This document shows, piece by piece, positions 1 to 10,073 of a stretch of DNA of 64,000 nucleotides; within the stretch, counting starts at the first letter, position 1, and each line of letters begins with the position of its first letter. The position numbers were made by a program, and so were the translations under genes. A model generated the notes under the pieces. The model saw only the letters and a program-made list of their open reading frames with translations. It made no database searches and was not told where the DNA came from. This DNA is from Candidatus Daviesbacteria bacterium (GTDB lineage: Bacteria; Patescibacteriota; Microgenomatia; Daviesbacterales; UBA10151), in NCBI GenBank assembly GCA_016432425.1, contig CP066688.1, positions 84,368 to 148,367 of the forward strand, given 5' to 3'.

Positions 1-2328
1 AATACTTAAGTTATGTCCCTGCTCATTTTTCTCTATAGCAAACTCACCAGCTCCCACCTGTTTAAACTCTGCTTGGCCTTCAAAATCTCCACCTTTAATT
101 AAATTTTTATTATCCAACTGAATACTCAGCCTATGTTTACCGGAAGTTAAATTAATATTTTTAAAATAAACATAAGTATCTGTGACTCGATCTATCTCCC
201 AAGAAGATGGTACTCCATCAAGTTCCAGACTAATCTTTTTCCCCAATTCATAGTTTATCCCAAACTCTTCCAGATGATATCTTTCCAGAATGGGCATATA
301 GACACTTCCATTTTGAATTTCAAATTCAAAGTGGACTTTTGATAAATCATATACAGCAAAACGATCTTTCAGGTTAGACGGTGCACTATTAAATTGATCT
401 AGTGAGGAAAGTTGAGAATTATTTGCTAAAATTAGATCTTCGGTTAAATCCAAAATCTTAGGAATTGATCTAACTTGGTTGTCATCAGGATTTATTAAAA
501 TACTTTTTTCATCCAAAACACCTATAAATTTTTCCCCATTTTTATAAGGATACCCAAAAAACAACTTGTCAGCAGAATAAACTTTGGGCAAAATATCCGC
601 TTGAGGAAACTTATAAAAATACCAATCTCCAAAATGTGAAAGTAGTGATTGCGTAGCTCCATCAGATAGTTTGGGCGATAGACTTTGCTGATCTTTTTTC
701 TCAAAGATCATCCCGATATTTAGTTTAGCTGACAAATTTTTTGCTAAATCTATCTGATTTTTTTTTAAGCTTAAATTAAATTCTTTAACCAATCTGGCAA
801 TAGGCGCATCCGGAGTATTAAGGGAAGAATAAAGAAGTTGTTGGTCGCTCAAGAGGGATAGAATCGATTCTATCCCTCTATAACCCCATTTAAAATTTTC
901 TATTTCATCATCAGGATAGATTATTATTCGACCATTATTTTGATTGTCCAGCCATTGCTTTGCTGAAAAAACATATTGTGGAAACTCAACATAAAAACTA
1001 TCATTTCTTCCTGGTCTAAATATTTTACCTGTTATAAGCGGGTAAGAGTAAATTAAATTAGCCAAAATAAGAACTGACACCGAAACAGGAACCAAAATCT
1101 TTAAAAGAGAAAGTCTTTTAATATTAACTTTACTCAAGTTATAAAAAAAGAGAGAAATTAAACCAGCATAGGAAATTATCACCAATGGTGTAAAGATATA
1201 CCAAGGGCTTCTAAATATTGAAAAGAAAGGTACTCTATTTACCAATTCTCTATAAAAAGTACCCGTTGGCAGATGTGTACCTGCCCCTAAAAAAGATCCC
1301 ACTGCTATCATTATGGCAAAGGCTATATAGTAGTGTTTATTTTTCTTATCAAAAATTAAAAAAGAAATAAAAGCAAGAAAAGGTATCAAAAAGCTAAATA
1401 TAATAAAAGGAATTTTATAAAAATAATTTAGAGCATAGGGAATATACAAAGGAGTATTAGTTACTTCATCAAAAGTATACCAGTCCCACGCACCCTGTAA
1501 TCTTAGTACGTTTAAAAGGCTGGTATTTTCTGAGAGGCTGTCTATCCAGTTGGTAAATCCTAATTTATCTATACTTCCAATAGGAGAAATGTTTCCCAGG
1601 AAAAATAACGCAGTAGGCAAAATCCAAAATAAATTAATCGTAAAAACTAACCCACCAATTAGAAAAAAATTCCGCAACCCATTAATAAATGCCGCCTTAC
1701 TTCTTTCGCTTAAAATCTGGCCTATTAAATAAATAAAAATTGCCAGATAAAACGTAAAAAAATATGATGGATTTATCCCCGCACCCGATAGTATTATACC
1801 TGTTAAGCTAGAGAGGATCACAACATTCGGTAAAGTGATTTTTCCCATCTTTAGAAGAGTTAACAATCCCAGCCCGAGCGGCAAAGCAGCAATCAAGGAT
1901 AAATTGGAAACTTTAACATTCTCCCAAGTATTAAAAAGATAGGTATTGAAAGCGTATAAAGTAACAAACAATAGTTGGATTAATCTATTACCTGGCAAAA
2001 TTAACCTGGCAAAAAAATAAGCCGATAAGCAAATCAGGGTAAACCAAAAAACTAAACTGGTAATTTCAACTAATTGTAAATTAAAACCTAATTTGTAAGG
2101 GATAGCCTGTATTAAATGAAAAAAAATCCCAGCGGTAGAAGAGGAAAAATCTGATCCGGCATTCAATAGATCGTTCCAAACAAACAGTCTTCTGATAAAC
2201 CATAGACCGGGATCAAGAGGAAAATTAGTATCAACACCATTTATTAAAACGTTTCCTTTACCAAAAAACCAAATTAGGGGAGTAAGCCCCAAAATAGCTA
2301 GTGGAAGGAATTCAATTAATTTTTTCAT
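1..2328 (-). CDS. Large polytopic GT-C-type membrane glycosyltransferase, AftD/DUF3367-like N-terminus. Partial: the start codon is at 2328 and the reading frame is open to position 1, so the C-terminus lies outside the window.
   Basis: I translated the minus-strand frame by hand (MKKLIEFLPLAILGLTPLIWFFGKGNVLINGVDTNFPLDPGLWFIRRLFVWNDLLNAGSDF...) and spot-checked it at seven points along 1..2328 with no stop. It is absent from the ORF track because no stop falls inside the window. The D-T-x-F-x-L-DP...F..R....W motif resembles the AftD/DUF3367 N-terminus. It has many TM helices followed by a beta-rich C-terminal part. Confidence 0.6.
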   Translation of the reverse strand, partial: MKKLIEFLPLAILGLTPLIWFFGKGNVLINGVDTNFPLDPGLWFIRRLFVWNDLLNAGSDFSSSTAGIFFHLIQAIPYKLGFNLQLVEITSLVFWFTLICLSAYFFARLILPGNRLIQLLFVTLYAFNTYLFNTWENVKVSNLSLIAALPLGLGLLTLLKMGKITLPNVVILSSLTGIILSGAGINPSYFFTFYLAIFIYLIGQILSERSKAAFINGLRNFFLIGGLVFTINLFWILPTALFFLGNISPIGSIDKLGFTNWIDSLSENTSLLNVLRLQGAWDWYTFDEVTNTPLYIPYALNYFYKIPFIIFSFLIPFLAFISFLIFDKKNKHYYIAFAIMIAVGSFLGAGTHLPTGTFYRELVNRVPFFSIFRSPWYIFTPLVIISYAGLISLFFYNLSKVNIKRLSLLKILVPVSVSVLILANLIYSYPLITGKIFRPGRNDSFYVEFPQYVFSAKQWLDNQNNGRIIIYPDDEIENFKWGYRGIESILSLLSDQQLLYSSLNTPDAPIARLVKEFNLSLKKNQIDLAKNLSAKLNIGMIFEKKDQQSLSPKLSDGATQSLLSHFGDWYFYKFPQADILPKVYSADKLFFGYPYKNGEKFIGVLDEKSILINPDDNQVRSIPKILDLTEDLILANNSQLSSLDQFNSAPSNLKDRFAVYDLSKVHFEFEIQNGSVYMPILERYHLEEFGINYELGKKISLELDGVPSSWEIDRVTDTYVYFKNINLTSGKHRLSIQLDNKNLIKGGDFEGQAEFKQVGAGEFAIEKNEQGHNLSI
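852..879. repeat. 28-bp perfect palindrome agagggatagaatc|gattctatccctct inside the coding sequence of the AftD-like gene
   Basis: Read directly from the sequence. The two 14-nt arms are exact reverse complements with no spacer. It encodes RGIESILS. Confidence 0.85.
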
Positions 2329-4402
2329 ATATTTTTAACTCACTTATAACCCAAGGGGCAAACTGATGATATCCAATTTGGTCAATACGTAAAAATCTGG
2401 CCAAAATATGTGGTAAGTATATCTCAACCACCCCGTTTTGCAAAGGCGGACGTCTTTTATCCCAAAAAACTTCCTGCCAATTTTTACTGTCCAGAGAAGT
2501 TTCTATTTTATAACCCACCTCATTTTGATCTTTATTCTCAAAAGAGTCGACAGTAATTTCTGAAATTTGTACATTTTTCCCTAAATCAATAGTAAAATAT
2601 TGTGGTTTAAAATAAGGTGTTTGAGAATTCCAGTAAGTTTCTCTTTGACCGTCAATAGCTAATCTTGTCTCTTGTTGATTGTAAGAGGCAGCAGAAATCA
2701 CCGACGATAAATCCGTTTCTCTTTTTTTGTCAAAAATACCGGTAATCTCACCCCTTACTCTACCAGTTATGTTAACAATTTTTTTTTGGGTGGAATCATA
2801 GGAAATTCCATATACTGATTCTATGGGTAAATTATTTTTAGTTAGTGTTTTTACCAGATTATCTAAATTCCAAAAGAAACCAAAACCTAAATTATCATAT
2901 TTTTGATAACCTTCATCTTTAATATCCCACAGAAACTCATTGGTAAAAAAAGGAGGAGGAATTTTCTGCGACTGTCTGTAATTGACTAGAAGCGTCTGCC
3001 CTAACCCTGATTGGAAAGGTAATATCCGATCTGTTAAACCATAAAAAGGCTTATCAGATTCGGCAAAAATGACAGTCTCATCTTCTAAGTGCGAAATAAC
3101 AGTTTTAATTTGGGACAAAATATTTTGGCGTTCATGGCCTTCTATAACCAGCCCATTAATAGTTTCCTGAAGTAACAATAGATGGGCTAAAGTTAACAAA
3201 ATTAGTAAAATAACAACTGCGAATTTTAAATATTTAGCATCTTTAAAAGAGCCAACTAAAGCTACTAAAATCATGCTCATCCCCAAAGTAGCAGGATATA
3301 AGTATCTGGAGTCTAGCAGTAAAGACTTATTTACTACCGGCAGTAAAGGAATCGATGTAAAAAAAATTATTAGCCATCCTATTATGGCTAAATCTTTTAA
3401 AAGAAGGTTTCCTTCATTACTTTTTATTTCCGAAGGAAAGAGGGTTCCCCTCATTCTTAAGAGAAGCAATCCGCTTAAGATAAGTAAAATAAAAATGGAT
3501 GTAAAAATTATAATTTGGTCATCAGAAATATTAATATAATATCCTGAATATTTGGTCATTGAATCAGAAATATCAGAAGATTTATCTGTTAATTTAACAT
3601 ACACATTTAACGGTAAAAGGGTTTGGGCAAATAACTGTGGGGGGATGGATAATTGATTATATATTATTCTATCAATGATATTTCTATTTCCAGACACTAC
3701 AGCAGATTGATTATGGACACTAAAAAATCCAAATGACAATCTTAAGATAAAATAAAATCCTAGTATAATAAAAATAGAAAATAATAATTTTCTTTTTTCT
3801 TTTACTTTTGCCATAATTATTAGAGTTATTAAAACCAAAACAAATGTAAAGGCAGTTTCTTTAAAAAGAAAACTTAAAAAGATAGTAAGTAAACTCCATA
3901 TAAAAAATTTAAATTTCCTTTTTTGTCGGTAAAGTACATAAAAAGTAAGCGAGACTATACCAAATAAGGCGGCTCCTTGGGTACCTTCAAAAGTACCCAG
4001 CCAAGTTACTGCCTGGTGATGGCTGCTATTTACCAAAAAAAAGATTGCTGCAAGACTTGCCAGATATTTCTTTGTAGTAAGTAAATAAATTAAACTGTAA
4101 AGAACAATACCGGTTAAAAAATGAAGTAAGATGCTGACATAAAAATAATACTGAGCATTTAAACCTACTATTTTATAAATAATCATTTTGACAGTAAGTG
4201 ATAAAGGAGTAAAATGGCCAAGTTCCCCTCCAGGAAAAACGTTTCTTAAGAAATCGATAGGGGTGAGGGAGTTTAAATAAATATAATGGCCGAAGCTATG
4301 CCATTCATCTTGTTCAAAATAAGCCCATGGCAAATCTTTAAAAACAATAAAAGTAACTACAGCTATCAGCAGAATTGGCCAATATTTTTTGCAGATTTTC
4401 AT
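2312..4402 (-). CDS. GT-C (PMT/ArnT-like) membrane glycosyltransferase with C-terminal F5/8 type C (discoidin) domain
   Basis: 696 aa with about 10 TM helices. Loop-1 acidic motif YFEQDEWHSFGHYIY, compare the PMT motif FDEVHFG. The C-terminus has ...QYFTIDLGKNVQISEITVD...YKIETSLDSKNWQEV..., which matches the discoidin fold. Confidence 0.7.
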   Translation of the reverse strand: MKICKKYWPILLIAVVTFIVFKDLPWAYFEQDEWHSFGHYIYLNSLTPIDFLRNVFPGGELGHFTPLSLTVKMIIYKIVGLNAQYYFYVSILLHFLTGIVLYSLIYLLTTKKYLASLAAIFFLVNSSHHQAVTWLGTFEGTQGAALFGIVSLTFYVLYRQKRKFKFFIWSLLTIFLSFLFKETAFTFVLVLITLIIMAKVKEKRKLLFSIFIILGFYFILRLSFGFFSVHNQSAVVSGNRNIIDRIIYNQLSIPPQLFAQTLLPLNVYVKLTDKSSDISDSMTKYSGYYINISDDQIIIFTSIFILLILSGLLLLRMRGTLFPSEIKSNEGNLLLKDLAIIGWLIIFFTSIPLLPVVNKSLLLDSRYLYPATLGMSMILVALVGSFKDAKYLKFAVVILLILLTLAHLLLLQETINGLVIEGHERQNILSQIKTVISHLEDETVIFAESDKPFYGLTDRILPFQSGLGQTLLVNYRQSQKIPPPFFTNEFLWDIKDEGYQKYDNLGFGFFWNLDNLVKTLTKNNLPIESVYGISYDSTQKKIVNITGRVRGEITGIFDKKRETDLSSVISAASYNQQETRLAIDGQRETYWNSQTPYFKPQYFTIDLGKNVQISEITVDSFENKDQNEVGYKIETSLDSKNWQEVFWDKRRPPLQNGVVEIYLPHILARFLRIDQIGYHQFAPWVISELKIYEKIN

Positions 4403-5103
4403 TTCTGTGCCATTACCATGGCATATGATGCATGCAGATAATCAATTCCTGAAAAAAAATCAGATATAGGAGAAAATAAGGGATAGAAACCTATACCTTT
4501 TTTATAAATAATCTTAAATCTGTAGTTTCTTAAAAGTTGAATAAGGGATTTAAAAGTCATCACATTTATATGCGGATCCATTGGCAAAGTATGCTGATAA
4601 AATTTAGCAGAGGGACGATGCCCAATGGGATATACTTTACTCAAATATGGGCCTGTATATGGTTGATTACCTAAAATTAAAGCCATGATATTGTGGTAGG
4701 CAGCTAAATTTTCTGTAGAAATAATAATTTTCCCGCCCTTTTTTAAGACTCTTTGACTTTCGGAAAAAAAATTATCTAAATTCACCAAATGTTCCACTAC
4801 TTCTGTAGCAGTGATACAGTCAACACTACTATCTCCAAGAGGCCATCTTTCATTTAAATCAGAATTATAGACTTTTATCCCTTTTTCCCTAGCAAGATTA
4901 GCTCTTTCAGAAATATTCTCGAATCCTAAAATTTCATTAGTACTAATAATTTTAGCTCGACTGATAGTCTTTGAACCATTATCACAACCACAATCAAGAT
5001 ATGTTAAATTTTTACCTCTAGGTAAAAATTCTGCCACATGTTTTTCAATATCATCTTCTATTTTAGACGCTAAAAATTTTATATAACTTTGTATAAAACC
5101 CAT
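4399..5103 (-). CDS. Class I SAM-dependent methyltransferase
   Basis: Motif I LDCGCDNG and motif post-II VDCITATEVVEHL. I chose the start at the M of MGFIQSYIKF, giving a TAATG stop/start overlap with the upstream GT2 gene. The longer ORF start at 5181 would overlap the upstream gene by 79 nt. Confidence 0.8.
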   Translation of the reverse strand: MGFIQSYIKFLASKIEDDIEKHVAEFLPRGKNLTYLDCGCDNGSKTISRAKIISTNEILGFENISERANLAREKGIKVYNSDLNERWPLGDSSVDCITATEVVEHLVNLDNFFSESQRVLKKGGKIIISTENLAAYHNIMALILGNQPYTGPYLSKVYPIGHRPSAKFYQHTLPMDPHINVMTFKSLIQLLRNYRFKIIYKKGIGFYPLFSPISDFFSGIDYLHASYAMVMAQK

Positions 5104-6041
5104 TATATAAATTTCCTCTTCAGGAAAACTATTCCATAAGTCATAACTGAGATAAATGACATCAAAGGATGCAGCAACCAAGCTTTATTTCTGGTTTCTA
5201 AATAACCTATTAACCCTTCAATCAAAGGGCCAATAAAAGTTACGCAATAAATAATACTATAAACAAACTTTATTGGCGAAACCCCCTCTAACCAGGTACG
5301 TTTTTTTTCTTCCTTTCTGTTTAAAAACTTGTTGCCAATTTTAAGTCTTTTAGAAATAAAATCTCCCAAGGATGAGATATGGTCATGATAAATGCCATAC
5401 CCGGGGACCCGGGCAAACTTGCGAAACCCTTTTTCCATGGCAAAAAAAGAAAAATTTGATTCTTCAAATTTAGGTTTATATAACCCCACCCCTTCTATCA
5501 CTTTTTTATTCCACAAAAAACCATTAGCGCCTAAAGGATAAACTGAACCCTGAGGAATAGTATATTCAATATAGCCATTTTTATTTCTTTGCCTTAGGTT
5601 AGCAGCCAAACATCTGGAGAAGGGATCGGCAATATGAATTAACATGGAATAAGCATTAAAAATATTGTCATGTTCCCGGGGGAAATACAAAGATTCCACC
5701 CCAAATAAATCCGGATCTTTTAAAAAGGGTTTGACCATGACAGTCAACCAATCTTTTTTGATAATTTCATTATCAGCATCCAACAATACTATCACTTCCC
5801 CTTGAGAATGAATAATCCCCAAAGACTTAGCACTTTCCGGATCTCTTTGGGGATTATCAATCACCTTGGCCCCAAAATCTTTGGCTACCTTTCTGGTTTC
5901 ATCTTCTGACCTACCATCCACTACAAATATTTCCACCAGATTCTTGGGATAATTTTGCTTTTTAATGCTTGCTAAACAAATTGGCAGTTGTTTGGCGGCA
6001 TTATAAGTGGGGATGATAAAACTAACTCTAGAATTTTTCAT
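5103..6041 (-). CDS. GT2 family glycosyltransferase with C-terminal TM segments
   Basis: SFIIPTYNAAKQLPICLASIKKQNYP...VVDGRSEDETR...LLDADN (GT-A fold with a DxD motif). Confidence 0.8.
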   Translation of the reverse strand: MKNSRVSFIIPTYNAAKQLPICLASIKKQNYPKNLVEIFVVDGRSEDETRKVAKDFGAKVIDNPQRDPESAKSLGIIHSQGEVIVLLDADNEIIKKDWLTVMVKPFLKDPDLFGVESLYFPREHDNIFNAYSMLIHIADPFSRCLAANLRQRNKNGYIEYTIPQGSVYPLGANGFLWNKKVIEGVGLYKPKFEESNFSFFAMEKGFRKFARVPGYGIYHDHISSLGDFISKRLKIGNKFLNRKEEKKRTWLEGVSPIKFVYSIIYCVTFIGPLIEGLIGYLETRNKAWLLHPLMSFISVMTYGIVFLKRKFI

Positions 6042-8731
6042 TAATTTTCTTTGAACTCCTTAATCACTCCTGATTTTTGCGCTTCTTCCAGACTAATATT
6101 TCTGGCTTCGGCTAAATCTATTTCCAGTTTAAGCGGCCCCACAGGACCGTCCACAGTAATGTTACTTATTTTCAATCCAACTGGCTTCAATATTACACTA
6201 AATGGAGAAAAAACACTAAGTTCATTTACCGGGACTTTGGTGGTCACTGTCGTTTTATCAGTTATTACACTAACATTAAAGCGTAATAGCGGTGATATTT
6301 GCGAAAGTAAATTGTTCATTTCCAACTCATTTTGAATATTGGCGAAAGGATTCTCCAGAAAATTCAAAGCTGCATTTATATCAACATCGCTGAAACTAGA
6401 ATCAACTACTTCAAATTCCGAAATAGCCGGAGCATCATTGGATAAAGTGCCGGCAATATCCATTCTGACAAATCTAGCTGGGGTACTATCAAAACGATCC
6501 TCTACCCACTCCCCATCTTTTTTCTCCCCCCCTCTTACTTCTTTAACAACTTTCCAACTCTGCCCATCTGGAGAAGCCAATATTGTATAAACTGTGGGAG
6601 TTAGTGTATGGTTCCAATTCATCCATAAAACTCGATTAACATTTTTGACTTCACCTAAATCTATAGTTAATTGTTCTTTTTGATGATCATGCCAGTAAAT
6701 CCGATGACCTCTCCAACTACTTTCTAAGTTATTATCAGCTAAATTGACTTTCTCTTGAAATTTCCATTCTGACAGCGTGTCTACTTTAACATTGGCATAA
6801 TATTTTAATTTCGACAGAAGATAGGCAATCATTTGTAATTTTTCTGATTGAGAAAAAGTGGCTGGACTATTTGTCAGATAGGGATATTTAATTTCCGGCA
6901 AAGGAGAAATCTTAGCTTTAAAGCTAAGATGTATTGGCGCTAGAGGCGATAGTGAATCGGTCAATAAGCTGGCAGAATTTTGGGAAGTTTGTTTCATCAG
7001 TAATATTTGTGCTGAGGACCCATGTTGAAAAAGTTGTCTTGACTTTTCACTAGTATCAACAAGACCTAAAGAAGCGCCATAGTAAAAAGTATAAAGCTGA
7101 TCTATTTTTGTTCTATCCTTGGCCAACTTTGACAACAGTTCCTCGTAATCTGTAACCATGGATAGATCATATCTATCCACTCCATAATAAATTGCTATTG
7201 CCGTAGTTTCCGGCATAGAGCCAACAGAGAAAAAATCCCGAAACTGGCTTTGGGATTTACTGTCACTGGCTATATCAAAATAAAATATAGAGTCTTTTGG
7301 AAAATTCGGCACTTGCATTTTTAAAGTCTCATAGAATTTTTGAGTAGGATGGCTTCTTTCTGTCACAAAAGTATGCTGGTATCTAAAACTGAGCAATGTG
7401 TTCATCAGTATAATTAAAAATATTGGAAGAAAAGGGACAAATGTATAATTTTTAAAAATCTTTTTCTCTTTTAAAATAAAAAAACTTAAATATGTTAGTG
7501 ACCCTAAAATAAGAGCATATCCAACAAAAGCGTAATATAGGTATCTATGTGTAGTGTCAAAAGTAGCTTCCGGATACTGAATAAAATATCCAAAAATCTG
7601 TGTAACAATAATGGATAACCCAAAAAATAATCCCAGCGACAGTAATTTAAAATTCCGCCATAAAGAGAAAGAAAGTATTAATACAAAAACAATAATATAC
7701 ATCCCTAAAGCGCCAGATAATAAATTTTCAGAATTTCTGTACCAATACAGGTTCTGATTGTAAAAGTATTTGTTTAACATAAAGCAGAAAAAAAATAATA
7801 ATAAGGCGATAAATTTCGTTATCTGCTTAAGACCGAAGAAATAATATATTAACCACGCTGATAGAGAAAAAAAGAAAAGAGTTAAATTTTGTATATTATT
7901 TGAGAATAAGTTAATTAGCCAATTTTGAAAGTTAGTGGGGAAAAAAACATTTCCTGCTGTTGCAAAAAGTGTAGAAAAAATTTCTATCTTCCCTTGTATT
8001 AATTGACTTTTTATACCAGAAAAAGCAGTGGCACCAACAGTTTCATTTTTAAGATAGTACATATAAAAAATTATCCAGAAGGGTATTTGTCTTAAGATAA
8101 ATTTAAAAAATTCGGAAATTTTAAAAGGAACTAATCTAAAAATTGCATCTAAAATTAGTACTAAAAAAATCAAACTATGGGAACGTATAAAAACAAAGTG
8201 TACAGAAATAAAAAATAGCAACAAGCTTAGTACAAAAAATTTAAATTGACCGCTTTTAAGAAATTTAACTAGGCTCCAAAGCATTAACACTGCTAAGCTA
8301 AGCCCTAAACTATTTTGCCAAGAATTAGAGATTTTAAACATGGAATGAGAACCAATGTACCCGGCAGCAAAAATCAGAGTAGAAAAAAATGCTATTTTTT
8401 TATTGTCGAAAAAATCCTTTGATAAAAAGTAGATACATACAACTGAAATAAAATAAAGTAATAATCCCACAAAAAAATATCCAAAAGGATTCAACCCAAA
8501 AAATTGATAAAAAGGAATAAACGGGGTGATAGTATATTTGTAAGGACCTTCCCCAAAGGGACCTAACCCATAACTTCCCGCAGGCTCTGCAATATGTTGC
8601 AATTTAAATATCACCGCAGCATCATCCTGCCAGAAATACATAAGTAGTGTCTGCCCATATGAAATTGATACAACCAGGATTATTAAAAAAATAGCCAGCT
8701 GTTTTTTATATTGTCCTATTGCAATTTTCAT
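6041..8731 (-). CDS. GT-C (PMT/ArnT-like) membrane glycosyltransferase with C-terminal F5/8 type C (discoidin) domain
   Basis: 896 aa. N-terminal loop FWQDDAAVIFKL, polytopic. Discoidin-like region ...LTIDLGEVKNVNRVLWMNWN...YTILASPDGQSWKVV.... Confidence 0.7.
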   Translation of the reverse strand: MKIAIGQYKKQLAIFLIILVVSISYGQTLLMYFWQDDAAVIFKLQHIAEPAGSYGLGPFGEGPYKYTITPFIPFYQFFGLNPFGYFFVGLLLYFISVVCIYFLSKDFFDNKKIAFFSTLIFAAGYIGSHSMFKISNSWQNSLGLSLAVLMLWSLVKFLKSGQFKFFVLSLLLFFISVHFVFIRSHSLIFLVLILDAIFRLVPFKISEFFKFILRQIPFWIIFYMYYLKNETVGATAFSGIKSQLIQGKIEIFSTLFATAGNVFFPTNFQNWLINLFSNNIQNLTLFFFSLSAWLIYYFFGLKQITKFIALLLFFFCFMLNKYFYNQNLYWYRNSENLLSGALGMYIIVFVLILSFSLWRNFKLLSLGLFFGLSIIVTQIFGYFIQYPEATFDTTHRYLYYAFVGYALILGSLTYLSFFILKEKKIFKNYTFVPFLPIFLIILMNTLLSFRYQHTFVTERSHPTQKFYETLKMQVPNFPKDSIFYFDIASDSKSQSQFRDFFSVGSMPETTAIAIYYGVDRYDLSMVTDYEELLSKLAKDRTKIDQLYTFYYGASLGLVDTSEKSRQLFQHGSSAQILLMKQTSQNSASLLTDSLSPLAPIHLSFKAKISPLPEIKYPYLTNSPATFSQSEKLQMIAYLLSKLKYYANVKVDTLSEWKFQEKVNLADNNLESSWRGHRIYWHDHQKEQLTIDLGEVKNVNRVLWMNWNHTLTPTVYTILASPDGQSWKVVKEVRGGEKKDGEWVEDRFDSTPARFVRMDIAGTLSNDAPAISEFEVVDSSFSDVDINAALNFLENPFANIQNELEMNNLLSQISPLLRFNVSVITDKTTVTTKVPVNELSVFSPFSVILKPVGLKISNITVDGPVGPLKLEIDLAEARNISLEEAQKSGVIKEFKEN

Positions 8732-8732
8732 T

Positions 8733-8749
8733 TAGTTTATTATAAACTA
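8733..8749. promoter_or_regulatory. 17-bp 8-1-8 palindrome TAGTTTAT-T-ATAAACTA in the 46-nt divergent promoter gap between the minus operon 1..8731 and the C-methyltransferase gene
   Basis: Read directly from the sequence. Confidence 0.25.
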
Positions 8750-8777
8750 CAAAATTGTTATTAGAATAACATAAATT

Positions 8778-10052
8778 ATGACCCAAGAACTAGCAACCAA
8801 ACCAGAAGTTTTACAAGTTGATAATTGTCGGGCTTGTGATAACAAAAACCTAACAACATTTTTACAACTCGGACCAACCCCTATACCAAATGGTTTTTTA
8901 GAAGCATCTGAATTAAATCAAGCAGAAAAATTTTACCCTCTAGACGTGTCTTTTTGTGGCGAGTGTGGAATGGTTCAATTAGGCCATGTCGTTGATCCAA
9001 ATGTTATGTTTAAAAATTATGTCTATGTTCCATCGACCTCAACAACTATGGTTCAACATTTTGGTGAACTGGCAACAGATGCTACCCAAAGAGTTAATCT
9101 TGAAACGGGAGATTTGGTAGTAGATATCGGTAGCAATGACGGTACTCTGCTAAAAGCTTTTAAAAGATACGGCGCGACAATACTTGGAGTAGATCCTGCT
9201 ACTAATTTGGCAACATTGGCTAACGAGCAAGGTGTACCAACAATAAATGAATTATTTGATAAGAATTTAGCTCTTTCTATTCGCAGCCAACATGGTCCAG
9301 CCAGAGTAATATCTGCTACAAACGTAGTTGCTCATGTTCACAATTTGCATGATTTTTTTGAAGGAGTACATGATTTACTTGCTGACAATGGTAAATTGGT
9401 CATGGAGTTTCCATATCTCGTTAACTTAATAGAAGGAGGGGAATTTGATACTATTTATCAAGAACATCTTTCTTACCTTTCCATCAACCCGCTTCAAAAA
9501 TTGCTAGCTCAACATGGCTTGAATTTAACTTCACCACGCTTAATTGATATACACGGAGGTTCAATCAGAGTTTTCGCAACAAAAAGTAAGCCTGAATCAG
9601 ATGACGGAGTTACCGCTTTCATTACTACTGAAAGAGAAAAGGGGATGCTAGATCTAGAAACTTATTCCAGATTTCAAATGGATGTTAATAGAGTAAGACA
9701 TGATTTAGTTGAAGCTCTCTGGTCACTTAGATTTGCAGATAGAAAAGTAGTTGGCTATGGCGCATCCGCCAAAGGAAACATCCTGACAAATTATTGCAGA
9801 ATCGGGGTAGAAAGTTTGCCGTATATTGTAGATTCTATTCCGTATAAACAAGGGAAGTATACCCCGGGGATGCATATTCCTATTTATCCAGAAGACCAAT
9901 TATTAGAAGACCAACCTGATTATGCATTACTTTTAGCTTGGAATTTTGCAGATGAGATTGTTCAAAAACAAGGTACATTTCAAAAAAGAGGTGGGAAATT
10001 TATTAGACCCATACCAGTATTAAAAGTTATCCACCCAAGTAGAAAAGTTTAG
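8778..10052 (+). CDS. NDP-hexose C-methyltransferase-like enzyme (TylC3/TcaB9 family). It has an N-terminal Zn-ribbon, a class I SAM methyltransferase core and a C-methyltransferase C-terminal domain.
   Basis: CRACDN...CGECGMVQL zinc ribbon, then VDIGSNDGTLL, then the family-typical C-terminal domain. Composition looks less AT-skewed than the neighbouring genes. Confidence 0.65.
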   Translation: MTQELATKPEVLQVDNCRACDNKNLTTFLQLGPTPIPNGFLEASELNQAEKFYPLDVSFCGECGMVQLGHVVDPNVMFKNYVYVPSTSTTMVQHFGELATDATQRVNLETGDLVVDIGSNDGTLLKAFKRYGATILGVDPATNLATLANEQGVPTINELFDKNLALSIRSQHGPARVISATNVVAHVHNLHDFFEGVHDLLADNGKLVMEFPYLVNLIEGGEFDTIYQEHLSYLSINPLQKLLAQHGLNLTSPRLIDIHGGSIRVFATKSKPESDDGVTAFITTEREKGMLDLETYSRFQMDVNRVRHDLVEALWSLRFADRKVVGYGASAKGNILTNYCRIGVESLPYIVDSIPYKQGKYTPGMHIPIYPEDQLLEDQPDYALLLAWNFADEIVQKQGTFQKRGGKFIRPIPVLKVIHPSRKV

Positions 10053-10073
10053 ATTAAGGTAGACACTTATCAA

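Noticed and set aside
522-704. 60-aa minus-strand ORF
   Set aside because: It lies in a different frame inside the long open minus-strand frame 1..2328 that encodes the AftD-like protein. Low-complexity translation. Spurious.
1550-1732. 60-aa plus-strand ORF
   Set aside because: Antisense to the AftD-like CDS. No independent support.
3273-3539. 88-aa plus ORF
   Set aside because: Antisense shadow ORF inside the GT-C gene 2312..4402.
4399-5181. Longest-ORF start (5181) for the methyltransferase
   Set aside because: It would overlap the upstream GT2 gene by 79 nt. The internal ATG at 5103 gives a classic TAATG coupling overlap and a normal methyltransferase N-terminus.
6051-6590. Two plus-strand ORFs (94 aa and 83 aa)
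   Set aside because: Antisense to the C-terminal domain of 6041..8731. Ser/Thr-rich translations typical of antisense reading.
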